Assembly (NCBI GenBank): GCA_951406725.2
Contig: OX597821.1
Coordinates: 101,308,001-101,372,000 of the forward strand
DNA length: 64,000 nucleotides
Direction of reading: 5' to 3'
From: Octopus vulgaris
Taxonomy: Eukaryota
Shown here piece after piece: positions 24,980 through 38,356 of the stretch (within the stretch, counting starts at the first letter, position 1; each line of letters opens with the position of its first letter). The notes beneath the pieces were generated by a model. The model made no database searches, was not told where the DNA came from, and worked only from the letters and a program-made list of their open reading frames with translations. Position numbers and translations under genes: made by a program.

Positions 24980-25209
24980 CCCTTCTGATACCAACCTCCC
25001 TGAAATTGCTCTTTGTTCTATGATACAAATTCCTTGTTTTAATGTGATCTAAATGAAAACCTTCCATCAAATTTTTCTGCAAATTTGTATTCCAAACACT
25101 TGCTTAATAATGACAGTTTTATTTTTTAATAACTTTTTCATTATTTTCAAAATTAAAATGAAATAAAGGCAGTATATTTCAACCATATTTCAATATGGTA
25201 ACAAAAGGA
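24980..25209. mobile_element. TTAA-targeting MITE, family 2
   Basis: ttaa|cccttctgatacca ... tggtaacaaaagga|ttaa; inverted copy at 35085-35306. Confidence 0.7.
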
Positions 25210-25899
25210 TTAACTCTTCATGTTTACAAACCACTTACAAAGGGTTACTAATACATGTGCATACAGTTTCATTGATTCATAAGAAACTTAGTTTCCTTAG
25301 AATATAAACAGTAAGTAGAATAACATACTAAATTACTACTGTAATATAACAGTTTGGATGAATTAGAATATTACATTTTCTTTATGAAGTTGACTGTTTC
25401 TATATAGTCATAACTGGTTTATAAGTTTATTAAAGGGACTGAGACTTTGAAAAACTAGATTAACGCTCATTCTATCAACAGAGGAAGTTAAATGGAATCA
25501 AAGGTACTTTTCTCACACTTTAATTGAATATTCAAATAACTTAGTTGCATTAATGGAACTTCAGTGATCTTATATGTACATACATATCTGTGTGTTTATG
25601 TCTATATGTACTTAGATACATGTGCACTCACATCTATAAATGCATGTGTGGTATTTGGAAATGTAACATAAACTGTTATTTCTTCCTTTTTGTCTTATAC
25701 CCTCTCTCACACTCATTTACCTTATCCCGTCCTCACTTTCTCTTCTTTATTCTCTCACACTATTTTTTCTGTCACTTTCTTAGAGTTTCTCCTTTTTCTG
25801 GTGAAGAGGAAGAGATAAAAGAAGGAAAGAGTGTGATACTACTTCTTAGGGATGAAAAGAAAGAAAGGGTCAAGTCTGTATGATCAAACAAAACAGCCC

Positions 25900-26125
25900 A
25901 AGTATAGATAGTCCTTCTAGGGTTTTACTGGTAATATTTTGTTGGTGCCATTCATTAAAAGATTATAGGATGCTTTCATTTTAATATATGTAAAAACCTA
26001 TCTATGTAGGTTTTCTGTAAACAGATGCTTGTGGGTTTCTGTTGACATGTATCTAAATCTATGTTCGTGTTTCTGTGTGGTGCAGTCTGTTGAAAAATAT
26101 ACAGTTCTGTATTTATATTTTTCTG
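25900..26125 (-). mobile_element. Penelope-like RT fragment, decayed
   Basis: Minus-strand ASVYRKPT matches the PLE RT motif T.VYRKPT; FNRLH upstream. Confidence 0.5.
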
Positions 26126-26222
26126 GCACATAATTTCTTGACCATCCACATTTTTTTGTACTTTCTCTTTCCTTCCTTATCTATTCTCTTCAACACTCTC
26201 TAACTTCTCCATCACTGAAAAC

Positions 26223-26227
<5 letters not shown>

Positions 26228-26320
<93 letters not shown>
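26228..26320. repeat. (CT)n-(CA)n microsatellite
   Basis: Direct reading. Confidence 0.95.
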
Positions 26321-26439
26321 AGCTGACAAACTGATTACAAATCTATTACTCATCTATGTTCTCAACATAGATGAATAATAAAAATCATTGATAGTTTTTT
26401 ATACCAAAGCAACTGATTAGTTTTCCTCATAATATTTTA

Positions 26440-26781
26440 TCATTATCATCATTGTTTAACATCTGCTTTCCATGCTGGCATGGGTCAGATGATTTGACAG
26501 GAGCTGGCCAGCTGTCTATACTTCAATTGATTGTTTTGGCATGGTTTCTATGGCTAGATGCCCTTCCTAATACCAACCACTTTACAGAGTGTGTTGGGTA
26601 CTTTTTATGTGGCACCAGCACTCATAAAGGATATGCCTGTGTGTACGGATGACTGCAATTTTACTTAGCTTGACACATCTCAAGTACCACAAATCACCAC
26701 AGTTCCCAGTCCCTTGTCATTTCCTCAGTGAGGCCCAGTGTCTGAAGATCCTTTCTCACCACTTTGTCCCACATCTTCCTG
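26440..26781 (-). mobile_element. RTE-LINE 3' fragment
   Basis: cattatcatcattgtttaacatc...gatgcccttcctaataccaaccac...gaggcccagtgtctgaagatcc...accactttgtcccacatcttcc (matches 22945-23000). Confidence 0.75.
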
Positions 26782-26837
26782 AAAGATATAAGATATAAAT
26801 GAAGATATAAATGAAGCTTCCGTTTTTTTTTTTTTTT

Positions 26838-26995
26838 TTACTTATTTCAATCATTTGACTGCAGCCATGCTGGAGCCTAGTACTTATTCTATCGGTGTCT
26901 TTTGCCAAACTACTAAATTACAGGAACGAAAACGCACCACCATCTGTTGTCAAGCGATGTTGGTGGGGACAAACACAGACACACAAACATATACA

Positions 26996-27040
<45 letters not shown>

Positions 27041-27240
27041 GTATGTGTGTGTGTGTGTGTATATATATATGACAGGCTTCTTTCAGTTTCCATCTACCAA
27101 ATCCATTCACAAGGCTTTGGTCAGCTTGACAGCTCGAGGCTATAGTAGAAGACACTTGTCCAAGGTGTCACGCAGTGGGAACAAACCCAGAACCATGTGG
27201 TTGATAAGCAAGCTACTTACCACAAAGCTACTCCTGCACC
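26838..27240 (-). mobile_element. SINE family A
   Basis: Reverse complement of 43005-43408; ends accacaaagctactcctgcacc. Confidence 0.85.
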
Positions 27241-28597
27241 TAAACATTTATGTATATGCTAAACATATATATAAATTTACAAAGAATTTAAATTGCCTTC
27301 CTTTTAATCTTGATAACTTCTCTGGTAGCAAGATAGTTAAGTCAGATTCTACAAGCTTTTAAGAGCCATAGCAAATCCTAACTCCTGCCACTCTAATCAT
27401 TTACAAGGAACTAATAAATTACAGATGTATACATTTCATTTGTGTGTGTGTGTGTCTGAACACACAGGCACACACACACGATGTTTCTTCTAAAATAATT
27501 TTCCCTCATTTCATTCTCTTAAGTTGAAATATGTTCTCTGTATAGATTTTCCCTCCTTCTATTTTTACTTTGCTTAGATATCTACCTGGCAGAAACTGGT
27601 GCCATGTTGTTAATTCTAAACTCTAATCCTTTCCACCTCTCCAATGTTGTCACAAATCATGAGCTTCAATAGAGACATGGAAAAAAAAAAGCAATATTAA
27701 TTACTAAATATTTGTTATGCATAATTTCTCTCTATTTTCTTCATATTTTTTTAGCTCTATTTACTCTGTTAATATTGATAAACTCATATCTATTTGATTT
27801 TTCTTTGTGGGAGTTAAAAATGAAAGGAATAATTAAAAGGGTTAAGCTGCTGTTTCAATAGGTTTATTAAAGGATGGCATAAATTAGTATTTTGAGAAAA
27901 TGTAACATCATTATAGAAATTGCAGAGAATTATGGATTCTTTCCATAATAAAGAAAACTCTAAGATAACATTGTTTAATTTATGTCATTTACTTGTCAAT
28001 AAATCAATCTAACTGTGACTACCCATACCAACTATTATAAAGTAAATATGAAATAAGGTTTCAATTACAACGTCAAGCAAATGGTATACAGAAATAATGT
28101 GTCATAAATATTATAATATATAACATGAGCATTACAAATAAACTCAAAAGTAAATATCACTGAGATAAAGAACCCTAGTGTTCTGCATATCTATTGCTGA
28201 GTTACTTACACACACACACACACATTTGTGTACCAGTAGGCTTATATATATGTATAATGGTTGGACTGGTTGCTGTTCTATATGACAGGTGTGTGGGCTC
28301 CTAATAAAAACCATATCTGAATTGATAATGTATTCGCCAGACTCATTTCCTGACCAATTGATCTGCTCTCCATTGCTTTCTCTAAGCAATGTTGTGTTTT
28401 CTATTCACAGGTGGGGTTTTTTTTTATGCACAAACTCTATTGTAAATTCCAGAATGGTGTGGATAAGTTCTGCGGACAGCAAACTTGTGTCACTAGAGGC
28501 TAAATTTGTGTCTTTCTTTAACTCTTGAACACAAGGTTTCTTTCTAATAGGCACCATTTTTAATATTTGATTGAGAGAGAGACTAAACTAATATGTA

Positions 28598-29384
28598 TGT
28601 ATGCCTGTAGATGAACAGTTTGCTTCTGAACCATGTGGTCTCTGGTTCAATCTCCTTGCGTGACATCTTGGGCAAGTGTTTTCCACTTGTGAGTAGATTT
28701 GGTAGAGAGAAACTGGAAGAAGCTTGTAGTGTATGTGTATCTGTCTCTAGATATGTGTGTGTGTGTCTGTCTATATAGATGTGTATGTCTATAAATGTGT
28801 GTATCTGTCTATCTATAAATGTGTGTATGTTTGTCTATAAATATGTATGTGTGTGTGTCTGTCTATAAATGTGTATGTGTCTGTCTATAAATGTATGTAT
28901 GTGTGTCTGTCTATAAATGTGTATGTATGTGTGTGTCTGTCTATAAATGTATGTATGTGTGTCTGTCTATAAATGTGTATGTATGTGTGTGTGTGTCTGT
29001 CTATAAATGTGTGTGTATGTCTGTTTATAGATATGTGTATGTGTGTGTCTGTCTATAAATTTATAAATGTGTCTGTCTGTCTATAAATATGTGTGTGTCT
29101 GTCTGTCTATAAATGTGTGTGTGTGTGTGTCTGTCTGTCTGTCTATATAGGTATGTGTGTGTTTATGCACCCTTGTCTGGACATCATGTGATAGTTGTGA
29201 ATAAGCATCATTGTCATGCAAATGAGATTGTTCGTTCCCATTCTTTCATGGAAAATATGTCTGGCCATGGGGAAATGTTATCTGGCTTGGCAACAGGAAG
29301 TGAATCCAGCCATAGAAAAGTTGCCTCAACAAATTCCATCTGACCTATACAAGCATGGACAAGTGGGCATTAAACAATGATGAT
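28598..29384 (+). mobile_element. SINE family B with an expanded internal minisatellite
   Basis: Head ...agtttgcttctgaaccatgtgg..gacatcttgggcaagtg; tail ggcaacaggaagtgaatccagccatagaaa...cattaaacaatgatgat. Confidence 0.75.
28730..29162. repeat. Minisatellite of ctgtctataaat(gt/at)n units, ~22-32 bp
   Basis: Anchor gtctataaat/gtctatagat repeated about 15 times between variable (TG) runs. Confidence 0.9.
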
Positions 29385-29718
29385 TATCTTCACATAAGTG
29401 GAATGTTCAATTCTTGCAAATGTTTACTTACATTAATGAGAGCTATAAAAGCCTAAAATAGAAACCTTACATTAATTTAAAAAAACATTACATGACCATA
29501 ATTTTAATTTTGACTTTTTTGATTTTTTAACCAAAATCTACTTGGTCTCCTAACTTTTAACATTCTCTCATCGAAACTATAAACCCAACCAATATACACA
29601 AAACTTTATAAAAACACTAGATTTGTTCTGTTTTGTTTTGTTTTTTGGGGGGACTGCTAAAATATTTTTTTTAGATACTTCTGGTTAATTATCAAAATGT
29701 TCTATGATTCATGTTCAG

Positions 29719-29830
29719 GTCCTGGAATATCATGAATAACATGAGAAATTTGCCACAAAGCAATAGAAGAAGAGATTATTTGTCAATGACAACTGATGAT
29801 CAAAGTGGCTTTATATGTAATTCTGCTTAA
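29719..29830 (+). CDS. Weak candidate terminal exon (phase 2): SWNIMNNMRNLPQSNRRRDYLSMTTDDQSGFICNSA*
   Basis: Acceptor catgttcag|, 36 open codons, followed by T-rich UTR-like sequence; no homology recognised. Confidence 0.25.
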
Positions 29831-30558
29831 GCAGTGGCCAAAGGTTGTTTTTTTTAACCTTTTTTGTTTCATTTTTCTTTTCTGGTAATAGTTTAACATC
29901 TGGAAGAATGTTTTGACTTTGTCATCTCAAGTGTGTGATCAGTTTTTACATTGCAATGTCTATTTGTTTGTGTTTTATAAATGATTAGCAGCTGTTTTGT
30001 AATTCAGTTTGTTTTTAAACTAAATATTGTGATCCTATACTGTTTCACACTTGTTCAATAATGTTTTCATTTTTATAAATAACTAAATGTATATTTAAAA
30101 TTATATATATTTTTCCAATCCTTAAGAGAAAATGAGACAGAAATTTGGACTTTTTATAAAGTTATGTCTATGTTGGTTTTAAGGGGTTTTCATGAGGTGA
30201 CTTTAAAATCACTAAGCCCAAATACATTCTGGTCAAAAAGAGGAAAAACTAGAAACCATATGACATATTCTAATTTAAAATTCTGATCATATAATTTTTT
30301 TCTTTCATTTTTGTTTTAATTAAAGCAAAAATGTTACATATTTTTGTTTATTTTTATTTAATTCTATTTTTATTCCTTCATCTTGATTATGTCCTTCCAC
30401 TTTTTTTAAGAGTTATGTGCTATGTTTTCGAAAGTTTGCACACAACTATATTTGTATAATTAGATTGTGCAACATCTCTATCTATCTTAGGCTTTATGGC
30501 TCCCACTAATGGACATAAACATTTGTAATCTTCTAAGAAGAATTAGACATTTCATTAA

Positions 30559-30561
<3 letters not shown>

Positions 30562-30610
<49 letters not shown>
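30562..30610. repeat. (TA)n microsatellite
   Basis: Direct reading. Confidence 0.95.
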
Positions 30611-30615
<5 letters not shown>

Positions 30616-32559
30616 ATCTCTCTCTATCAAAAAATAAAAGCAGCAGAAAAACTGTATCTAATCAGAAAAAGAAGCTCTGTGTTCAAGAGATAAAAAAATT
30701 TCACAGAATTAACCTCTAGAGACACAGCTTCCTAATCACAATTAGTGGCATAAGTTCCTAATAAAAGGTCATCACATTCTAATTAAATAATTTCTTTATA
30801 AACAACAGAATATAACCAGACACATGTGTGTGTGTGTCTCCCTGACATACACAGCCTAATCAGATTTTAGCCAGTGTTCCATCTTTGTCCATATCATCCT
30901 TTGTGATACTGCTAGAAGGATATTTTACAAAATCGTCTTTATATAAGACTGCTCTTTCAATCCTGACTTACAATTGTTTCTAGTTTAGGCACAAGGTCAG
31001 CATTTTGAGAGGAGCAGAATAGTCAGTATCAACAGCTCTGATACTTAACTGATATTTTATTCTATCAACTCCAAAACAATGAAAGGCAAAGATGATCTAG
31101 CAAGATTTGAAGCCTGACTGGTAAAAATATGTCAATATAATGATATTGTTGCCCATTCTGTCTAACAAATTGTTAAATTTCTCAAAGATTATAAAAATAA
31201 GATTGTCAAAGAAATTATTTTTAGCTAGTACAAATTTTATTTGTACTGTATTCAAGATAATCTTATGAGAAGCTTTCATTATTAAATTTTTGTTATAAAC
31301 ATTTCACTTGTTTTGCATTCCAATTATAAATAATTTGATTGTAACAAAAATTTTGTTTCTTTTTAAAATTAAGTTTTAAGGCAATACAATTTTTTTTTAA
31401 ATCTAGGGGTGAATGAACTAAAATTATTATCATTTAGAGTTGCATATTTTATTCCTTAGAAAATTTAGATCTGTTTTTGTTTGGGTATTTTTCTTTCTAT
31501 ATTAGGTCACTTTTTTTGTGTTTTTCTTATTTGTGTATCTATGTTGATAATGGAGCAAAATGAATTTAGAATAGGAGTGTTTGAGCTATGAATATATTTG
31601 ATCCCATAAAGAGTTAAAAAGTAGAGATTGTATACAATAATACTTACAAAAGGAATTTGTGTTTGTTTTTCTTTTTTTAAATATAAAATTTATAATTATA
31701 TTACTTAATATGCTAGAAACATATTTAAATACCTCAATATAAACCAGCTGCTTTTCATCTGACCTGAATTTTTCATTCTCTACATGTAAAGAAATTTTGT
31801 AGACTGACCAAAATGGAATTCAATTGAAAGCAGTTTTCCTTTTCTTTTATTTCCATCTGTAATTTAAATTGTGGCTACCATTGTATTCCTGAAATAGAAA
31901 ATCAATTTTCTGTGAGGTTCACCTTATAAAATGGATTCCAAAAATTTTAGTTATTATGATAATATCTTGGAAGCTATCTGTTTTTCCTCATAACATATGA
32001 ACAAGTAAAACTTTTTAACAGCTCATTTAAAATACCACTTGACTTCAATATTTTTTGAAAAATGAAGATTTCCTATGGCATTTTGATAAGAAATTTTTCA
32101 GCCCTTGCTTAGATCAATAAAATAATTTCAGTATTAGGTTTGCATTCACTTTACAGAAGAAATAATTTTTTTCTTTATTTTTTCCATAGATCATTTTACT
32201 ATTTTTCTGCAATGAAGATATTCTTTTTAAAAATTTGCTTGAAAAATAATTTTTTTAAAATAAAGACATACTGACTAAATTCTCTGAAAATGCTATGGAT
32301 TACACCAACCAAAGAATGCAAAAATTACTGAGATAGTTGTATGAAAATCCGATTCTACCAGTCCTTGATATCAGTAGTATTGAAGTCATTTGTTTTCTCT
32401 CTGGCAATGGATATTTTATCATTAAAGTACTTACTACCATTTATATGATGATACATTCAAGAAGAGAAGGATAGGAGAAATGTATTGACTTCAAGAGTAA
32501 TAATAAACCTTCTAATCCAGCCAAAAGTTAAAATTTTGTTTATTTTACTTGGATGAAAA

Positions 32560-32946
32560 TATGACTGTGTGGTTGAGAAGTTTGCTTCCCAACCACATGG
32601 TTTCAGGTTCATTTCTACTGTTTGACACTTTGGGCGAGTGTCTTCTGTATGGTTGACCAACCAAAGCCTTATGAGCAGATTTGGTTGATGGGAAACTGAA
32701 AGAAGCCCATCATATACATGTGTGTGTGCCTCCTTGTCATGATAGTTGTAAATGAATGTCACTGTTATACAAGCAGTGTCATTCATTTCCAATATTCTGT
32801 GAGAACCTATGTGGTCATGGGGAATATTATTTTGCTTAAATACAGGTGAAGGTTGGTGACAGGGAGGGCATCTGGTCGTAGAAATTCTGCTTTGATAAAT
32901 TTCATCATGCAAGCATGGAAAAGGGACATTAAAATGATGATGATGA
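32560..32946 (+). mobile_element. SINE family B
   Basis: gactgtgtggttgagaagtttgcttcccaaccacatgg...gcatggaaaagggacattaaaatgatgatgatgat. Confidence 0.8.
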
Positions 32947-33559
32947 TTAACTACATAATTTGACAATGTATTGATAAAACATTCTCAAAATCTTCTTTCT
33001 GGAATTTCTCTAAAGTTGTCATTAAATTCTAATTCATGATTACACAGAAGAAAAAAACTTCATAAACATCTGCAAATATATTGTGATCTCATACCATTTC
33101 ACATTTGTTCTATAGTGTATACATTTTATTGTAACCAAAAGTATTTCTGTTCTTTTTAGCATGATATCATCGTTTATTTTCATGTCACTTTTAAATGAAT
33201 AGAAGTTTTCAAAGATATTCGTGATTAGATTACTAGCTTTTAATTATCAGTTGTTTTCTTAGCTGGAATAGAAACAACATAAGAAGTACCTTTTTTGATA
33301 TAAACTTCACTCATTGATTGATTTGCTACCATCTTCAATGTTCACACATACAAGAAATCCTCTCATAAACACCCCTTCTCTAGCTAACTGTTGTACCACT
33401 GGATATACATGCATATCAAAAATGACAAACATTTAGTCAGGGAGTGATGCACCCCCTCAACTAAAGGCTTTTACTGTCAACAAAGACTTTAACTGAATGG
33501 TATGAAAATTTTTCTAGAAGCCTCACATGCCATCATCATCATCATTTTAACATTAGTTT

Positions 33560-34200
33560 TTAGTATTTTAGTTTAGATGCATCTAAGCTAAAAGGCTATG
33601 CAAGCATATTTGCTGCTTGTTCCTAGTTTATGCAACTTCCCAGCAACTAAGTACCTAACTGCCCACCAAAATGAGTAGCGTGTCACCTGGGGTCATTTCA
33701 ACAAATTTAAGGATAACTTAAACTCTAGTGTACCTTAATGTTCAGTCATTTCCATCTCTATATTAATGATGTTCATCCACTACTGACTTTAACAACCAAA
33801 TTCTGATACCAATGGCACAGCTGTTCAGTCTCTTCCATACCTTTCATGCATAGCTTTCTTTAAATATACATTTAATGCTTACTGCAACAAGGTCTGCACA
33901 TCCCACTTAAATAGTGGTTTGTCAAATCTCTTGCAAGTGCACCAAAATGTATCTTAATGAAACAAAATGCTGTTCATGCTATAATATTCCTCATAAATTC
34001 TCAATCCAAATAGTGTTTCATAATCTCTTATAGGCATCCTCTATTCTTCACCTAGCTGAGGCTACATTACAATGACTTATATTTTCACTTCAGCTAAGAA
34101 CAGCTGATAATCATATGTAAAATCCAAACATGCACTTCACTGGAGAATCATTATTTCCAAGAACTTCAAATCATTTGATATTTTCTTCAAGTCTATGTTT
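33560..34200 (-). mobile_element. Decayed RTE-like LINE RT region
   Basis: Minus-strand LDFTYD..LAE resembles LDFADD..LAE; TFGAL and YG..*T resemble AFG.L and YGSETW. Confidence 0.5.
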
Positions 34201-34359
34201 CTTTTTTGCCCTCATTTGCTAATTTAAACTAATGTAAATAGAGAATTAATTTCACTGTCAAGTTCTCATTATCATCAGAACTAGTATAGAGAAAACTGGA
34301 ATGTCATAAATACCATAATTTTTATTGCCATAATAATAAATAAAAGATTTTAAACTCAC

Positions 34360-34581
34360 TATATCAATGCATATTTTACCAAAATGTAGATTTACAAATA
34401 AGACATTCAAAATTTCATAGGTTACTAAATATCTTTGTAAATATCTATTTTTTTCTTTTATGAATCAAAATTTGCAGTATCTGGTGTGTAAAGCTTGGAA
34501 AATAAATATCTCACAGACAGCAAAGAAATCAGATACATTGAAATATTCACTAGTAGTAAGGAAGAGATGTTTCTTTTATGA
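34360..34581 (+). pseudogene. Possible decayed quasi-RRM fragment (ESRP/fusilli or hnRNP F/H/GRSF1 type)
   Basis: ISMHILP..(shift)..DIQNFIG and ESKFAVSGV*SLENKYLTDSKEIRYIEIFTSSKEEMFLL*; RYIEIFxSSxEE is the qRRM end signature; in-frame TAA at 34489. Confidence 0.4.
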
Positions 34582-35084
34582 AATGTGTTGCATGAAGAAA
34601 TATGCGTGGATGCATTGGATTTAGTTGTTGAAAAGCAACTTAACAGTTGCTATCAATACAAATGTGTGTGATATTTATAAATATAGCTTACTCTTCCTCT
34701 TTTCTTCTCACCCTTTGCTATCAAAAACACAATGCTCAGAACTGAGACATTAGTTTTCCTCTCATTTTTATCAAAATATTAAAACATTAAAACTATTTTG
34801 TAGAATTGTCTCATAGGATAATAAATTAAAGATAAGTGGCACGTATAACTTTTAAATGACAACTCTATATTCTAAATATTACATTTTGATAAAAATAAAT
34901 CTCTGAATTATGACAATTCTAACACTTAAAAATATAACCTCTCTATGTTATTTATTTAAAATATTGTCATTTAACTCCAGATTAACTATGATCAAACAGA
35001 CCTATAATTAAAATGCATTCTGAGTGTGACTTTGTTGATACAGTATATCTAGAACCACATTATCCAATGTATTTAAACTTTTAA

Positions 35085-35306
35085 CCCTTTTGTTACCATA
35101 TTTCTGTTGAAATGCACTGATTTTATTCCAGTTGATGTTGAAAATAATGAAGACTATAGTAAGAAAGCATTGCCGTTATTAACCTTTTCTTTGAAACATA
35201 CATTCAAACGAAATTTTGATGGAAGGTTTTGACTTGGATCACTTTAAAACAGGAAGCTTGCATCATAGAACCAGGGGCAGTTGTAGGTGGGCTTGTATGA
35301 ATGGAG
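35085..35306. mobile_element. TTAA-targeting MITE, family 2
   Basis: ttaa|cccttttgttaccata ... atggag|ttaa; reverse-complement homologue of 24980-25209. Confidence 0.7.
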
Positions 35307-35929
35307 TTAAGATGGTAAAATGTGCTCTGAAGGATATCTAACTTCTTTTTCTAGTAAGTTGAGCAAGTTCAGAGAGGTTGACTTGACTTGATTAAAGATT
35401 ACGTATATTCCTCTAGGTGTATAGACATATTCACAATATTCACAAGTGATCTGGAGTGCTTATATAACTTTTTAGCGAAACTGATTTAAAGAAATGCTTT
35501 ATTTGCTTGTAGGATCACATAAAAGAATGTTGTTTAATATGTGGATAGAAGATATTTTAATAATTGCTCAAAGTAAAATCTATATTATTACCAATCAAAA
35601 AGACATGTCCTGATATTCTAAGAAGAATTTAGTTTTTATTCATCTAACATCTTAGACACTTTGATTTGTGTTTAGGTTGTTATTTTAAGTCAACTCAAAA
35701 ATTATGTCAAAGATTTTCAGCAAAAAAACATTTGCATATCTAATCACTAGAATCTTCTGTTGACCTATCATCTGCTCATGTGATTTGGATGAAAATTCTG
35801 TAAATTAGCAATTTTTTGGTAATGCTGAATTTTTTTTTAATTATCAAGAACTGAGACAGGCAGCTTCTCCAATGAAAATGTATCGTTCAGACTAGTGATC
35901 AGTAATTTTAGCATAGGATATAAATGGCC

Positions 35930-36420
35930 TCAAAGATATAATCTGGAGAAAGAAGACATGGAAGCTGAAAGATTCTTAAGCATGCCATAGATTCAAAGAA
36001 ATATTGATGCATTGGGAAGGAGGAAAAGGATATGGAGACCTTTAACATAAAGGACTACTGACAGTTTCTAGGAGATAACTTGCTGCGAGTCATAGGTAAG
36101 GGTTATGCATGGAATAAGGTTCTAGCTAGATGGAGGGTGACATGGTGGAAGAATTGTATTGTAGATAGTTATAAAAACTAAGGGAAGGGTCTGGAAAGAT
36201 AAGAAGAAAGTGAGGACAGAGGAACAATATCACCTTGCTAGGAGAAAAAGCAGAAGTTAAGTACATAACACAAGAAGCTAAAACTAAGAGATTTAGAAAT
36301 GATCTTGAATTAGAGGATCAGAGGCTTGGGGTGTTCTGGATTTCAAAGTAGTATGTCAGTGTGAATCACATTGTTAGGAAAAAGCACAGTGTAACAGCAT
36401 TGTTCTTATTTTCATTAGGG
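35930..36420 (-). mobile_element. Possible very decayed Penelope-like RT/linker region
   Basis: Purine-rich + strand as at 21.5-22.1 kb; minus-strand DSH..RTP resembles TDSH.YL..S.HP. Confidence 0.3.
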
Positions 36421-36904
36421 AAATGTTATAATAAGGATGCTAAATGAAGAGACTGTATTGGGAGGGAAAGACTACCCAAAATTATGAAATTCACAAAACT
36501 CTCAGGTCATTAGTTGCTTATTATGTAATTTTACAGCTAAGTTAATATATATATATATTGTATATTGAGTTCTGTTCCCCCTATTTATACCAACAAATGT
36601 GTGTGTATGTGTGTGCATTCCCTATCCAATCCTTATAGATGTTGCCTACCTCTCCTACCCCTATTTCTTCTCTCTTCCCTCCCTTACACTCTTGCAAATT
36701 CCCACCCACTCATAATCCTAGTTTCTCTGTCCCCACTCACTTCTACTCACCTCATCACTACTACATCTCTCTTTGCAGCTACTACTAATTCATTCTCACT
36801 CTCCCCTAATGTGAGTAGTCATGTAGCTCCTCTACAACAAGAACCTGCTTTGTCCCTTCTCCTTCTCTCATGTCTTAACCTTCATCTGCAAGCATAAAGT
36901 ACCT

Positions 36905-37128
36905 CCCTCTTACCTTGGGTCTTGTAGTCTTACAAGCTGCACAGCAACCTCACTAGTGCTAAAAGCACCCAGTACACACTGTTTCATGATTGGCATTAGA
37001 AAGACCATCCAACTGTAGAAATCATACCAAAGTAGAGACTGGAACACAATGCACTTTGGACCCATCAGATCCTATCAAAACCATCCAACACATACCAGAA
37101 GGGAACATGGATGTTAAATGATGATGAT
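36905..37128 (+). mobile_element. RTE-LINE 3' end, decayed
   Basis: gattggcattagaaagaccatccaactgtagaaa...ggatgttaaatgatgatgat. Confidence 0.65.
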
Positions 37129-37984
37129 ATTCACACATAAATAAACCTGATAGAAGCAATTTTGTTCTTATCTTCAATATATAAGAAAATGTGTTTCCTC
37201 TCTTAATGAACTAAACACAAATTAGTGTAAAGTTATGAAATGATATTTAAAATCATTCAGTTAATGTGATGAGAATTATGAAAGGTGAGTTATTAACAAT
37301 GCAATTAGTCTCGTTGGAATTGAGGTTAAAATAAATATTTACCGAGTTCAAAACATCTTGTTCTGGATTGCTTCAATTATAATGTCGTTAGCTCACACCC
37401 ACCAAATTATTTTATCGGATTATCAGTGTGTCTTTCTTGTCACCTATATTAAGTCTTTCCATGTTCTTTCTTCTAATCAGGCCAGGTATGTGTGTGTTTT
37501 ATTTTATAGTTTAACAGGTTTGCTTATATTTTCATTTGTATATTGAAAGTAACATTTTGCTGAATGTAAGTCAACTTTTATTTTGTCGTACATATGGTTT
37601 TAAAATATTTACATATCATTCTAGGTTTGGTGATACAATCAGAAAAAGTAGAACTCAAAACATTAGTTTATATATTTTTTATTATTAATCAGCAGAATTT
37701 ACAGTTAATAATAAAAGAATACATACTCTATAAATTTATTATTCTCCAATTAATTACTCTACATGTTTTGTTTGTTTGGTTTTTTTTGTTTTGTTTTTTT
37801 CAAGGGTTTGTCCATTCATTGAAAATTCTAAATTCATAATTGTACAAAATATGAGAGCTGATCTGATATGTGAATCTGTAGTTGATAAAATTAAGATAGA
37901 GATTTAAATGCCTTGGTACTTTTTCACAAAGATCAACAGTTATCTAAGATGTTCAGCCATCTAAGGTTTAAATCTTTTGCCTTT

Positions 37985-38356
37985 TCTTTTAGCTGTTTCT
38001 GTCATCATTGGGCTACAACCATGTTAGTGCACCACTTTGAAGAATTTTAGTTAAACTGATCAACTTCAGTACTTACATTTTAGGTCTGGTACATATTCTA
38101 GCCATCTCCTTTGTTGAACCTCTAAGTTACAGAGACATAAATAAACCAACACTGGTTGTCAATCAGTGGGAGTGTACAGAGGTACAAAGACACACATATA
38201 CATATATGATGGGCTTCCACACAATTTCCATCTACATAATTCACTCTCAAGGCTTTGGTTGGCCCAGGACTATAGTAGGAGACACTTGCCCAATGGGACT
38301 GAAGCTGAAAACATGTGGTTGCAAAGTGAACATCTTTACCACAGAGCCATGTGCAT
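37985..38356 (-). mobile_element. Decayed SINE family A
   Basis: tatagtaggagacacttgccc...ctttaccacagagccatg (reverse head); gtttctgtcatcattgggctacaaccatg (reverse tail). Confidence 0.7.

Noticed and set aside
28730-29162. CRISPR-like repeat/spacer appearance
   Set aside because: Spacers are low-complexity (TG) runs, the context is eukaryotic and there are no cas genes
32457-32966. 169-aa minus-strand ORF
   Set aside because: Antisense reading of a SINE-B copy
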